DNA of 64,000 bases from Escherichia virus TH32: the sequence record MT446405.1; one strand, 5' to 3'. Position 1 is the stretch's first letter, and each line of letters opens with the position of its first letter. This document shows, in pieces, positions 54,656 to 64,000 of the stretch. The position numbers and the translations under genes are program-made. The notes beneath the pieces are model-generated. The model saw only the letters and a list, made by a program, of their open reading frames with translations. It had not been told where the DNA came from and did no database searches.

Positions 54656-57394
54656 CTACACGATGTATTTAATTTTTGATAAAAGGGTCGATGCCCAATC
54701 ACCAGTTAAGTCAGTTATGTTCATGCTTGAAACATAACCACCAGCAGCACTTCTCGGAAAGTTTACTGTTGCTACAACATCACCATTAGAAGCAATCAAT
54801 TGAACTCCAGTGGCAAGTGATCCTGGGTTTTTGATGTATATAGAAGTCGCAGTTTTCTTTGCGAAATCTTCGCTTGTTGAAATTGCAAGCGCATTCATCG
54901 TATCGCCAGACACAAGCATTAAGCTCAAAATATCAAGGTCAAGAGTCGTACCAACTTCGGTCGGCAAATCTTTTCCTGATATCAAGCCGATGCTGATGCC
55001 GCCAGTTGATCCATCCCAGGTAGCGCCTTCAACAATCTCAGCGGCAAGGTCAATTTCGATACGTTGCAAATCACCTGCGCCTATGTTGTAGAATTTAGGG
55101 ATATAGCCACCCATCCCATCCGGTACAGTTACAAAAAGTTTTTGACCGTTAACCGTGTTGTTTTTGACTATTGCGATAAATGACAAAGGGCCAGTCAGGG
55201 TGCCAGTGTATTTAGTAGCAAGTACAGCACGTGCATAACCGGATGCTGGCACAGTCCCTATTGTAGCGGAAAGCTTGAATGATGGGAACTGGTTGGGCAC
55301 ACCGCTGATTGGCGTCGCTGTGACAGTGTTTGCGCCGTCCTTAACGATATTGCCAAATGAAGTTCCATCATTAGGCCGAGTATATCGCCAATAGTTAGTG
55401 ATTGCCGCGCGTGGTATTTCACGACCAAAGTCATCTCTTGATGCTTTTGAGATTGAATAGTCGTTGACGAGCGCGCCGTCGACGACCTGGTTTACACCTT
55501 TCAAAGATTCAAGCTGGCGTATCACACCGTTGAAGTTGTTCAGCGGCCACTCGTTAATGCCGCCAACTCTGATGATACCGTCAGTGTTAATCCACGCAAC
55601 ACCTTCCGTTTCAAATCCTACGCGCGTGTCTGTTATGTCGCTGACAGTCAAATCGATATCAGATAAGTCTGCGACTTCTTGGTAAAGCTGCCAGCGTATT
55701 CCGGCATTTGCTGGCAAGAATCCTTCATTCCTGTCGCCAACTAGCGTCTTAAAGTTGTCAGACAGGTTGTTGGCGAAATAAGGTCCGATGACGTATTCCA
55801 TGTAATAGTCGGCGGTCGGCGGCGGCGGTACTCCATCAAGCCTGCTAACGTTCCATGAGCGTCTGATGCCGTCAGTCTCTGCAATCAATGTGGCGTTCCC
55901 TGGGTACGGGTAGCCGCCGATTGAGCCAGAGTATGCAAGTGATGAGCCAGGTTGCATGAATGACTCGCCAACCACACCGTTTCTTGTCGTCAGCGGTCCG
56001 TTTGCACAGGAGATGTTGTTGAGCGTTCCCGCCGTTACAGACAGTATTGCTGTTCCGTCAGAAGGAGGGTTTTGCGTTCCATAAAAATAAGGCTCAGGTC
56101 CATTTGGATTCTGAACAGGGTCGCAGACGCAAATCGAGTATCCAAAAAGAAGTGCATCAGACCCTTCAGGCAATTCACGAGTTTGAGTTGATCCAGCGGC
56201 AGTCGCCTTCAACTCTATTGAAAAGCTGGTACTTACTCCAGACGCAGCGGTTGCCGTCTGCTCTACAATCCAGATTCGATACCAATCGCCGCCGATTGCT
56301 TTGATGCCACCACGGCTTGATTCCCTTCTTACTCCATCGAATTTGCCTTTGATGAAATAGCTCAATGACGGGTCCAAGTTGAACTGGCCAGTGACGGGGT
56401 CAAACAACTTTCCATTGCTCGATGCATCACTATTCTCTGTAACAGAAACAGAAGCGACGTTTTCAGAAAGCACCTTTATGTAGAAGCTATAGCAAACGTT
56501 AACGCCAGCCTGCGAAGGAAGGGCAATTGACTGTGCGCTTGGATTATTGGCCAAAGAATACACAGGCTCACCGCTTGAAGCCGTCTTGACGACCCTTACT
56601 GCGTTGGCAAAATTCTCTATTGCCTCACCTGGGTAATCGCCACACAACTGCCCATAGTAATCAGGACCACCATACTGTCTGGTGTCGCCGCCGACAAGCC
56701 CTGTGCCGGAACCATTTCCCCATGAGTACCAATCTGGGTGCGCCATCCGTGACACGGTGCCTGATACTCCGCTGATGGTCAGTCCGGCGTTGTTGCCATG
56801 GCTTAAAAGTATCTGCTTATAATCGTGCTGAATCTCAGTTGACCCCTGCCAGTCGTACAGAAGGAATGAGCCATTGGTTGATTCAGACGAAGACACCGCG
56901 CCTTGAGTATTGTCGGTCACATATGCGTAGCGTGATGAAGAGTAATCCCAAGCCTCTCCACGGTTGAAAATCCACTTAAGCATGCGGTTGATACTTTCGA
57001 TGCGGCCATCACTTGTAAGCGTCAGATAACGAAGCTTAAGAAGTATGCGCGCTTCTTCGATATTCTTTACAACCTTACCGCCAGCACCAAAGAAGTTGCC
57101 GCCGATGTTGTCCGCACCTTCAAAGTTGTCACGCGTCGGTCCAAACGCCCAGTTGTGCTCATAATTGCTTAAGTCCACAAAGTCTCTTGGTATGCAAAGA
57201 ATGTCGCACCAAATATAAATGCCCATTGCATCACAAGTGTCAATGTTGAAAATGTTGTTGTACCAGTCAGTCCAAAACTGATCTTGGTATCTTTCATACC
57301 AGTCACTTTTCTTTTGCACCAAAGACGTGATGTTTGGTGCATTGTTCTGCATCCACTTAAGGTTTTGCAACAGGTTTGTGTCAAACTTTTGCAT
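54656..57394 (-). CDS. large tail fibre/baseplate protein
   Basis: 912 aa between baseplate and fibre genes; position-based. Confidence 0.4.
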   Translation of the reverse strand: MQKFDTNLLQNLKWMQNNAPNITSLVQKKSDWYERYQDQFWTDWYNNIFNIDTCDAMGIYIWCDILCIPRDFVDLSNYEHNWAFGPTRDNFEGADNIGGNFFGAGGKVVKNIEEARILLKLRYLTLTSDGRIESINRMLKWIFNRGEAWDYSSSRYAYVTDNTQGAVSSSESTNGSFLLYDWQGSTEIQHDYKQILLSHGNNAGLTISGVSGTVSRMAHPDWYSWGNGSGTGLVGGDTRQYGGPDYYGQLCGDYPGEAIENFANAVRVVKTASSGEPVYSLANNPSAQSIALPSQAGVNVCYSFYIKVLSENVASVSVTENSDASSNGKLFDPVTGQFNLDPSLSYFIKGKFDGVRRESSRGGIKAIGGDWYRIWIVEQTATAASGVSTSFSIELKATAAGSTQTRELPEGSDALLFGYSICVCDPVQNPNGPEPYFYGTQNPPSDGTAILSVTAGTLNNISCANGPLTTRNGVVGESFMQPGSSLAYSGSIGGYPYPGNATLIAETDGIRRSWNVSRLDGVPPPPTADYYMEYVIGPYFANNLSDNFKTLVGDRNEGFLPANAGIRWQLYQEVADLSDIDLTVSDITDTRVGFETEGVAWINTDGIIRVGGINEWPLNNFNGVIRQLESLKGVNQVVDGALVNDYSISKASRDDFGREIPRAAITNYWRYTRPNDGTSFGNIVKDGANTVTATPISGVPNQFPSFKLSATIGTVPASGYARAVLATKYTGTLTGPLSFIAIVKNNTVNGQKLFVTVPDGMGGYIPKFYNIGAGDLQRIEIDLAAEIVEGATWDGSTGGISIGLISGKDLPTEVGTTLDLDILSLMLVSGDTMNALAISTSEDFAKKTATSIYIKNPGSLATGVQLIASNGDVVATVNFPRSAAGGYVSSMNITDLTGDWASTLLSKIKYIV

Positions 57395-57400
57395 AGTTCC

Positions 57401-58672
57401 TCACACAAATTTAACGTTGATGAAGCCGCGCATAGTATTCGCCTTATCCCAAGGATTGGCAATCCACTCGCTGCCGTAATCGGATGGATAATTTGGCGCT
57501 GCCTGTCCGCTTTTCACTGCTGCAATTTTGCAATCTTTAATATACAAGCCTGGATACTCGCAAGACACTGCTGAAGCAATTTCAAAAGAAGATTGAGATT
57601 GACCTACTGTATATCCTTGCTCACCGTTAAAATTGCCATTGCCGTAATTCAACACAGCGGCAATAATAGATTCCGCATCGGCGGTTGCTGTGCCTCTTGA
57701 AACAGTAATGTCAACATACAAGTCATATATTACTGCAGTGTTGAACTTCACAAAATAAGACAGTTGTGATTCTTCGTCTACAACTTCTATTCCATCAGGC
57801 GAGTTGACTGGATTGCCCTGATTTGTCGCACCAAAGTCCCACGGCTGGCCGCCCATTTTCGCTTTGAAAATAGTCTCAGCAAAAACTTGCTTATCGAAAG
57901 TTCCGCTTGCGCACACCCAAACACCGTTAGGCGTTGAAAAGGTGATGCCGCGTACCGTTCCAGGCAATCCCGTGTCGTTCTCCACGACCATCACAGATTC
58001 CACGCCGTCGACCGACATGGCGCGAGCGCGAATGGCACCAAGCGATGCAATGCCCTGCTGGTAAAGACGCTTAACGCGAGCGGCCTTTAATGCTCCGTCG
58101 CCCATGTATTGCGTTCCTGGCACAGTCGTCGTTGCTGATGTTGAATACGTTCTTGACCATCCGATGACGCCATAACCTTGCACCACTGTAAACTCTTCAT
58201 CAGGGGCAACAGTAAATGAGCCATAATCTTTTGATGCAAGAGTCATGTTGCTTGTCTTGCCAGTCGAAGTGATTTGAACGTCTTCAAGAACATACCAGTA
58301 TGTGCCGTTTGAATCCGTCAGCAAACTTCCAGCAGGAATTTCCAACAGCGGCGTTCCTTCTGCGGTAATTCCTTTCAACATCGTGCTGATGTTTTTCGTT
58401 CGCTCAATACCAAGCAATGCCGCGATGGCATCAAGGTATACGCCATATGAATAATTAGGGTTGATGAGACTTCCCAGCTCGGCGTTGTTCTTCATGACTG
58501 AAGTTCTTGCCAAAGTCTCTGTCGCGATTAGGGTGCCTTGCGGTGTCGATGCATCAACGTCAAGCCCGACCCCTAATGACTCAATCCATTCATTCTGAAC
58601 GTCAGCCAGCAAATCGGCTGTGTCGATGGTTATTACACCAGTGCTTACTATGTAAGAATATTGTGCACTCAT
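57401..58672 (-). CDS. baseplate wedge protein (J-like), putative
   Basis: 423 aa, position after spike-like gene; ATGA overlap with upstream gene. Confidence 0.35.
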   Translation of the reverse strand: MSAQYSYIVSTGVITIDTADLLADVQNEWIESLGVGLDVDASTPQGTLIATETLARTSVMKNNAELGSLINPNYSYGVYLDAIAALLGIERTKNISTMLKGITAEGTPLLEIPAGSLLTDSNGTYWYVLEDVQITSTGKTSNMTLASKDYGSFTVAPDEEFTVVQGYGVIGWSRTYSTSATTTVPGTQYMGDGALKAARVKRLYQQGIASLGAIRARAMSVDGVESVMVVENDTGLPGTVRGITFSTPNGVWVCASGTFDKQVFAETIFKAKMGGQPWDFGATNQGNPVNSPDGIEVVDEESQLSYFVKFNTAVIYDLYVDITVSRGTATADAESIIAAVLNYGNGNFNGEQGYTVGQSQSSFEIASAVSCEYPGLYIKDCKIAAVKSGQAAPNYPSDYGSEWIANPWDKANTMRGFINVKFV

Positions 58673-59397
58673 TCTATCATATCCCCAGTTCTGTTTCCAG
58701 GTCCGTTACCTATGTGACCGTGAGTGGATACATTTGTGCCGCCGATTGTTGTGCCAGTCGGAAGCGTTGCCGTCGTTCCTTCTTTCCCTTCTATACCACC
58801 ATTGAACGTTGCCTTTCCATTCACTATCAATTGTTGGTCGATAGTGGTTATTGGTGTTTTCACATTTACTCCAGCCGATGCAGTTATGTTTATCGAGTCA
58901 TCACTTAATGCAATGCGGACAGCGCCGCTGAGTGACTGGATTACCATTGAGCCTGCATCCTCTCCGCTTATGGTGTATTTTCGAAATACATCCGGTATGA
59001 ACAGTCCATCAGCGAAAGTTTTCGCGCGACCATTGGTAGGCGCGGTCGGCTTCAATTCTTCAAGGAATGTCGACAACTCGCGGTCGCCAGCGAATATCCA
59101 GCCCAAATCACCCTCTTTCAGAGGAAAGTTGATTACGAAGCCGCCGCCGCCGATTGCCAATACAGGAATTGACACCAAAGGTTGACGCTCCACTGGTTTA
59201 TCATCAAGACTTACGAAGTGAATAACAGGCTTTATGACTGCTAAATTCTGTTTGCGGTCATAAGATATTACTTGTGCAGGAATCATGCCGTCAGTGGTAT
59301 ACTTGCCACGGTCCAGCATTCCCTGCAGCGCGGCAAACATACTTGATTTGTCAGTTTGGTTGGGGCTTGTAAGTTGGGTTAACTTTTCTGCCATCAT
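58669..59397 (-). CDS. baseplate spike/assembly protein (V-like), putative
   Basis: Start at MMAEK with AAGGAG RBS; Gly-rich C-terminal beta-strand-like repeats; position-based. Confidence 0.35.
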   Translation of the reverse strand: MMAEKLTQLTSPNQTDKSSMFAALQGMLDRGKYTTDGMIPAQVISYDRKQNLAVIKPVIHFVSLDDKPVERQPLVSIPVLAIGGGGFVINFPLKEGDLGWIFAGDRELSTFLEELKPTAPTNGRAKTFADGLFIPDVFRKYTISGEDAGSMVIQSLSGAVRIALSDDSINITASAGVNVKTPITTIDQQLIVNGKATFNGGIEGKEGTTATLPTGTTIGGTNVSTHGHIGNGPGNRTGDMIE

Positions 59398-59454
59398 AGA
59401 CTCCTTATATCTGATCAACAAATTATAATCTATAAGGAGTCTATAAGCAATATT

Positions 59455-59976
59455 TTAGCGATTTGACTTTGATTCTTTAATGGCAGCTTCGTTTGAGTAG
59501 GCTTCATTAAGTGATTTTGCTATTAGTCCATCAAACATAGCGAATGCATCACGCAATGAATAATATTCTTCCAATTCTTTTAACGAAGCAAGACCATTGT
59601 TTATTAGGCTTGCAACCATCGGCTCAAGATAATTAGGCTCTACGGTCGGAACGTCAGCCAAGAATCTATTTGGAATCTTAGTCCCTTTCCAATCGCTGAG
59701 GAATCCAAAATTGTGCTTCTTTACCGCTTCCATTAGAACTTTCAATACAAGGTTGGGCGGCAAGTGATTTGGCACACTTTTCACTTCTTCACTTATTGCC
59801 TTCTCAGAGTTTAACCTGACTTTAGTTCCGTCATATTTGATAACATGACATTCACTTAATAATTCAAGTGGAGTTAATATGCTTATCGCATCAACCATTT
59901 CAAACGCATCTATTGCGCTGAATTGATGTATTTCATAAGTGACTCCAAACAGATCAATTACTTTATTCTTTCTCAT
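59455..59976 (-). CDS. tail/baseplate protein, hypothetical
   Basis: 173 aa in tail module. Confidence 0.3.
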   Translation of the reverse strand: MRKNKVIDLFGVTYEIHQFSAIDAFEMVDAISILTPLELLSECHVIKYDGTKVRLNSEKAISEEVKSVPNHLPPNLVLKVLMEAVKKHNFGFLSDWKGTKIPNRFLADVPTVEPNYLEPMVASLINNGLASLKELEEYYSLRDAFAMFDGLIAKSLNEAYSNEAAIKESKSNR

Positions 59977-59978
59977 AT

Positions 59979-60851
59979 TTAGGCCGATGGTGCAACGCCG
60001 CCCGTCACCGTAAATATGTCATCACGACTTGCTAAATCATATTCAAGTTGCATGATGACGAATGTGGTGTCGTTCAAGCTTGGGTTTAAGACTGATTTGA
60101 ATTTCACACCTTGGGCAAGCTTCAAATCCGCGTTATACATGCAAGTGAAGTCAGCGCCCCACTCGTTCCACATCGGTATTCCGACAAATTCCTCAATCAC
60201 CGTTATCTGTTCTGGATTCAGAATTTTGTCTTTATCCTTGACGATTAGCGTATCATCATCAATATATGCCGCAATAGAGTTCCTTTGATAGTTCTGAATC
60301 TCAAGCAGCAAGGCAGCTGCAACATATGTTGTTCGGCCTGGGTTCACAAGACGTTGATTGTTAATCGACGTATCGCATATAACAGTATCAATATCCATTT
60401 GCTTTGCTGACCACTCCACAAACTCTTTGAAGGTTGGGTTTGACGGTGCAGCTTGAGTGATAAACTTAGTCCTGTTTATCTGGTTGGTGTAGCAAGTGAT
60501 GCGTATGACGATGTTCGGCGGCGGCGCTGTTATCTCGACCGTTGTGACTTGCCCCTTGTAGACTAAGTTGCTACTAACAACGTTGCCTTCTCTATATCCA
60601 GCTTCAATTGTTACGTTGACATAATTCGCCGCCAATTGGCCTTGATCACGCAGACGTTTGTTGAATGCGGTGAAGTTGGAAAGCAGGTACTCTCTCAAGT
60701 ACCCTGTCAATCCTGCGACTTCGATTGTGGCCTTATTTTGCACGGAAAGTGCTGCCTTTTTGATTCGGCATCTAAGCATCAATCCTTCATCAAGCACTTG
60801 GCTTGTGCCATCCGGCATAGATAAGGTGACTTTAAGGATTCTCTTTTTCAA
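59979..60851 (-). CDS. baseplate hub / distal tail protein, putative
   Basis: 290 aa immediately downstream of tape measure gene. Confidence 0.35.
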   Translation of the reverse strand: MKKRILKVTLSMPDGTSQVLDEGLMLRCRIKKAALSVQNKATIEVAGLTGYLREYLLSNFTAFNKRLRDQGQLAANYVNVTIEAGYREGNVVSSNLVYKGQVTTVEITAPPPNIVIRITCYTNQINRTKFITQAAPSNPTFKEFVEWSAKQMDIDTVICDTSINNQRLVNPGRTTYVAAALLLEIQNYQRNSIAAYIDDDTLIVKDKDKILNPEQITVIEEFVGIPMWNEWGADFTCMYNADLKLAQGVKFKSVLNPSLNDTTFVIMQLEYDLASRDDIFTVTGGVAPSA

Positions 60852-60855
60852 ATTA

Positions 60856-63036
60856 TCACCACTTCAAAGGTGTAGCAGTAAGGTTGTTTATGTCGTTTAT
60901 ATCATCTTGTTCAAGCACTCGTTTCGTTTCGAATGCCGTGCTGCGTGGGTCTTGAGCGCCGTTGACGTTGATGACAACGTTTTTCTGACCCATAGTAATA
61001 TCACGCCCACCAGGTCGACTATTCGCGGAAAGGTCGCCGCCGTATTTCTGGAATGCTTCAAGTTGGAATGCAGCAAGACGAGCGTTTTTCATAGCTTCGG
61101 CTTGAATGTTCGGTCTTACACCTGGAGTTGAAGCCAGTTGCATGTTTTTAATATAATCCCTTTGCGTGCCAAGCTTAAGGTAAGTTTGAGCAAAGTCAAT
61201 ATCACCTTTGTTGACTTGTCCCTGCATCAACTGCTCAACTGGTACGTTCAGGTATCCTGCAATGGCTTCTTGCAATTGCCTGTATTGCACCGTTTGGCGC
61301 GATTGACCTTGTACTGGTGCATAACGGCCCTTTGGCGCTTCCGCTCCGCTACCGCTAAGTACTGGAGTAACTGGTGCACCTTGCGGCGCTGCCGTGGCAT
61401 ACTCACCATTGGATTGTCGGTCGAGAGCGGCCATGACCTTTCCAGGATACGCGCGTGTGTTCTTGCCCCAGCCGCTTCGGTCGTAGCCGCCGTGATACAT
61501 CGTCAGCGCAAGATTCCAATCGCCGTTGGCGGCGTTCAGATACTCTTTCAAAAGTTGAGCGCCGCCCATAATGTTTTGTCGAGGATCATTACCATCTGTT
61601 ATTCCAAGACCCTTGAAGTTAGAAGGCATGATTTGCATCAAGCCAGTCGCGCCTGCTCCGCTCACAGCATTTGGATTGAATCCAGATTCGACTTCAGTTA
61701 CAGCCTTCATCATTGCTACAGGTATGCCATAGCGTTTTGAAGCTTCCTCATATATTGAGTCATATGCTGTCGGATTCCCTGACCCAAGATTATTCCCTAC
61801 GGTCGCGCCAGTATTCAATGCTGGTGTTCCAGGCATCGCGGATTGCCCTGCGCTGCGCCCGATTTCACCTGCCCATGCCGCCCAAGCTTGACGCTCATCA
61901 ATCACGCCAGCAAAGGTTGACACAGCACTTGAAAAAAGATTTATGTCACGAGTAAAAAGAGCCTGTGCAGAACGTTGTTCAGCGGCGTTCTGTTCTTGAT
62001 TCCTTTGGCGTTTAACATCGCCATCAGCCATTTGGGTGATCCATCGGTCAACCGCTCTTTCGTGACGTTCGTTGACAGCGGCCTGCTTGTCGAACGGATG
62101 TTTCAAGTCAGCGATGAAGTTGTCGACAAATTCGCTCCATCCGTCAGACATTCTCTGAAACATCATCTGGAATCCTTCGACTGTATCAGCAGTTTTGCTG
62201 ACAAGAGTCGAGAATGCAGGCATGACATTTTCACCAATTACCAACTCAATACGCCGCCAATCTTCTTGAATTTGCCCCATACTATTTCGTATAGTCTCAA
62301 GAGCAGCTTGCTGTCTTTGCAGCTTCGCGGTTTCTTCGTCGCTTATGCGCGTGCTTTCTTTCACAGACTGGTTGCGCTCACGAAGGGCGCGGACTTCATC
62401 AGCGGTAAAACCTGCCAGGGCACCAATAGCACGAGCGGTTTGCTCATTCACACTTCTCAGCTTTGTTCCAATTTCATCAAGCAGCTGGTTTGTGTCTTTG
62501 ATGCCGCCGTTACTGTTGAAAGGACTTGTCCCCATCTTGTTCAGCAACAAGTTGTCCTTGTTCATCACATCAGGGTTGGTGTATGCATTGAATGCCAAAT
62601 TAGAAGCTTTACTGATTAAATCGCGCGACCCCTGTGCGCCAAGGATGCCGCCTGAACTTTCATTCAACTGTCGTTGTAGTTGCTCGACACCCATTGGAGA
62701 GAGTCCGGCTTCAAAACCAAGCTTTCTTTGCGCTTCGTATTCTTTTCGAACATCAACGATGGATTTGACGACGACGGCCAATCCTGCGACAACAGGAACG
62801 AGCGCGGCAAAACGATATGTCAGTCGCGCAAGTATTCCGTCAATTGACCCTAGCTCACCAGTAAGCGGCTTTAGCTCGCCAAAAACATCTTTGAATGCTC
62901 CAGAGAAATCTTTGCCAGCGGATTTCGCCTTTTTGTTTGTCTGATCAACCTTATCTTGCAATTGCTCAAGACGATTGATGGACTCTTTCAAGTCCACCGT
63001 ATATTGAAGCACAAATTTTTCTAATGAGTCAGACAC
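60856..63036 (-). CDS. tail tape measure protein with lytic transglycosylase (SLT) domain
   Basis: N-terminal coiled coil + hydrophobic segment; SLT signature TEVESGFNPNAVSGAGATGLMQIMP in C-terminal third. Confidence 0.75.
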   Translation of the reverse strand: MSDSLEKFVLQYTVDLKESINRLEQLQDKVDQTNKKAKSAGKDFSGAFKDVFGELKPLTGELGSIDGILARLTYRFAALVPVVAGLAVVVKSIVDVRKEYEAQRKLGFEAGLSPMGVEQLQRQLNESSGGILGAQGSRDLISKASNLAFNAYTNPDVMNKDNLLLNKMGTSPFNSNGGIKDTNQLLDEIGTKLRSVNEQTARAIGALAGFTADEVRALRERNQSVKESTRISDEETAKLQRQQAALETIRNSMGQIQEDWRRIELVIGENVMPAFSTLVSKTADTVEGFQMMFQRMSDGWSEFVDNFIADLKHPFDKQAAVNERHERAVDRWITQMADGDVKRQRNQEQNAAEQRSAQALFTRDINLFSSAVSTFAGVIDERQAWAAWAGEIGRSAGQSAMPGTPALNTGATVGNNLGSGNPTAYDSIYEEASKRYGIPVAMMKAVTEVESGFNPNAVSGAGATGLMQIMPSNFKGLGITDGNDPRQNIMGGAQLLKEYLNAANGDWNLALTMYHGGYDRSGWGKNTRAYPGKVMAALDRQSNGEYATAAPQGAPVTPVLSGSGAEAPKGRYAPVQGQSRQTVQYRQLQEAIAGYLNVPVEQLMQGQVNKGDIDFAQTYLKLGTQRDYIKNMQLASTPGVRPNIQAEAMKNARLAAFQLEAFQKYGGDLSANSRPGGRDITMGQKNVVINVNGAQDPRSTAFETKRVLEQDDINDINNLTATPLKW

Positions 63037-63039
63037 AGT

Positions 63040-63456
63040 TTACCCCTTGTTTGGAGTCTCGCCGCTGAGGAATGGCGCGATTAATCGCATCGATTCGCCG
63101 ATGAATGCTGCAGCCATTTCGCCGCCAGCTTGTTCCCAGTAGCCTTCACGCTCGGCGTGGGTGTCTGGGTTTATACCGTTCTCCATGAGAACTGCTTCAA
63201 ATACTTCTTTAAGGTTTTCCCAGTCACCAAGATGGTTGTCAATTAGTGCACCAGTGCTTAATGGGATTTCTTGTCCCACGTCAAGCTCGACTTTTGCAAA
63301 GCTCAACACTTCCATCGTATACTCTGAACGAAAAGCAGGGTCTTTCGACATTGCAAATTCTACGAATCGACGCTGAATATTCCAGCCTTCCATCGCAGTC
63401 ATTTTGCTGATTTTAATTTCTACTGTACGACCAGTTTGTTTGTTGGTGATCTTCAT
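63040..63456 (-). CDS. tail assembly chaperone, putative
   Basis: 138 aa gene immediately upstream of tape measure gene. Confidence 0.4.
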   Translation of the reverse strand: MKITNKQTGRTVEIKISKMTAMEGWNIQRRFVEFAMSKDPAFRSEYTMEVLSFAKVELDVGQEIPLSTGALIDNHLGDWENLKEVFEAVLMENGINPDTHAEREGYWEQAGGEMAAAFIGESMRLIAPFLSGETPNKG

Positions 63457-63457
63457 T

Positions 63458-63982
63458 TTATATTCCTACTGTTGATTTTATTTTATTATATAACGAACTC
63501 ACAGTCGTAGTCAAACTGACTGGTTCTTTAATGGCAACACCATTTGATGATTCGTCTGCAGATTGTTTAGGGTCGAAGCTTCCTTGAATGCTAAATGACG
63601 TTTGCTCGAAAGTTATTACTATTGAGACTCCATTCAAGTTTTCTTCTGACTGGGTTATTTCAACGTCGGACATCGACATTTTACTGGCAATGATGCTTCG
63701 AGAAGTTATTGAAAATGTGACTTCGTCATCATCAAATGAATTTATGATATTTTCAATTGTAGACTGGTCATTGCAAATTACGTTTAACGCCATATGGGCT
63801 GGCATTACAACCTTTGCCGCCTGTAAATTGCTTACTGATGACGTGCTTGATACTTCTACAACCTGCATGGCTGTACCAGCAAGAGGGAATTGAGTTGTTT
63901 CTGCTGGGGATGTTATTTCTGCAGAAACAGGTGAAAGCCTTGTCCAGACAGGAAGGCCTGTTGACTCATTCGTTATGGTCAA
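63458..63982 (-). CDS. tail tube protein, putative
   Basis: 174 aa gene upstream of chaperone/TMP; position-based. Confidence 0.35.
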   Translation of the reverse strand: MTITNESTGLPVWTRLSPVSAEITSPAETTQFPLAGTAMQVVEVSSTSSVSNLQAAKVVMPAHMALNVICNDQSTIENIINSFDDDEVTFSITSRSIIASKMSMSDVEITQSEENLNGVSIVITFEQTSFSIQGSFDPKQSADESSNGVAIKEPVSLTTTVSSLYNKIKSTVGI

Positions 63983-64000
63983 AGATTGACCAGAAAGCAG

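Noticed and set aside
60658-62944. Plus-strand ORFs (157-214 aa) overlapping the tape measure gene
   Set aside because: Antisense to a gene with an SLT signature in a minus-strand operon; compositions (Cys/Arg/Ser-rich) look non-protein-like.
1-64000. tRNA genes, integrase/recombinase, transposase, rRNA
   Set aside because: No T-loop-like GGTTCGAATCC-type motifs noticed in the non-coding regions and no ORF with tyrosine/serine recombinase or transposase hallmarks; absence is by eye only and should be confirmed with tRNAscan-SE/ARAGORN and profile searches.

Overview
This window reads as a ~64 kb stretch of a tailed dsDNA bacteriophage genome (enterobacteria-like RBSs and sigma70-like promoters). 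I found no rRNA, tRNA, CRISPR array, integrase or transposase by eye. Layout: (1) 237-12447, minus strand, head/packaging module: terL, putative portal, head-morphogenesis, scaffold, putative capsid and connector genes, interrupted by a plus-strand two-gene moron at 10331-10983. (2) 12565-17993, plus strand: small membrane/hypothetical genes and a tail fibre with a C-terminal S74 chaperone domain. (3) 18.0-21.0 kb: a compositionally distinct, CpG/TpA-rich island of small acidic paralogous proteins with duplicated promoters and covarying 5'UTR hairpins, flanked by repeat-rich non-coding DNA and an ATAGTGCAAAT motif array. (4) 21037-33943, minus strand: about 30 small early genes plus an AEP-type primase and a D5/VirE-like P-loop helicase. 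(5) 34104-52180, plus strand: replication and nucleotide metabolism (RecD/Dda-like helicase, K/A/E-rich repeat protein, FAD-binding/ThyX-like/HAD/SDR/VOC cluster, DnaQ-like exonuclease, DnaE-type polymerase, VRR-NUC, SNF2 helicase, gp2.5-like SSB candidate, embedded Rz/Rz1 spanins, MazG-like protein, ATP-dependent DNA ligase). (6) 52205-63982, minus strand: GH19 endolysin, HxH-repeat tail fibre, baseplate proteins, tape measure protein with an SLT domain, chaperone and tube candidates. Best candidates for something undescribed: the 18-21 kb island, the ThyX-like/flavoprotein/HAD/SDR cluster, and two homologous iteron plus AT-rich elements at 5.6 kb and 21.8 kb. All calls come from reading the sequence and ORF translations; no database search was run, so product names are motif- or position-based.
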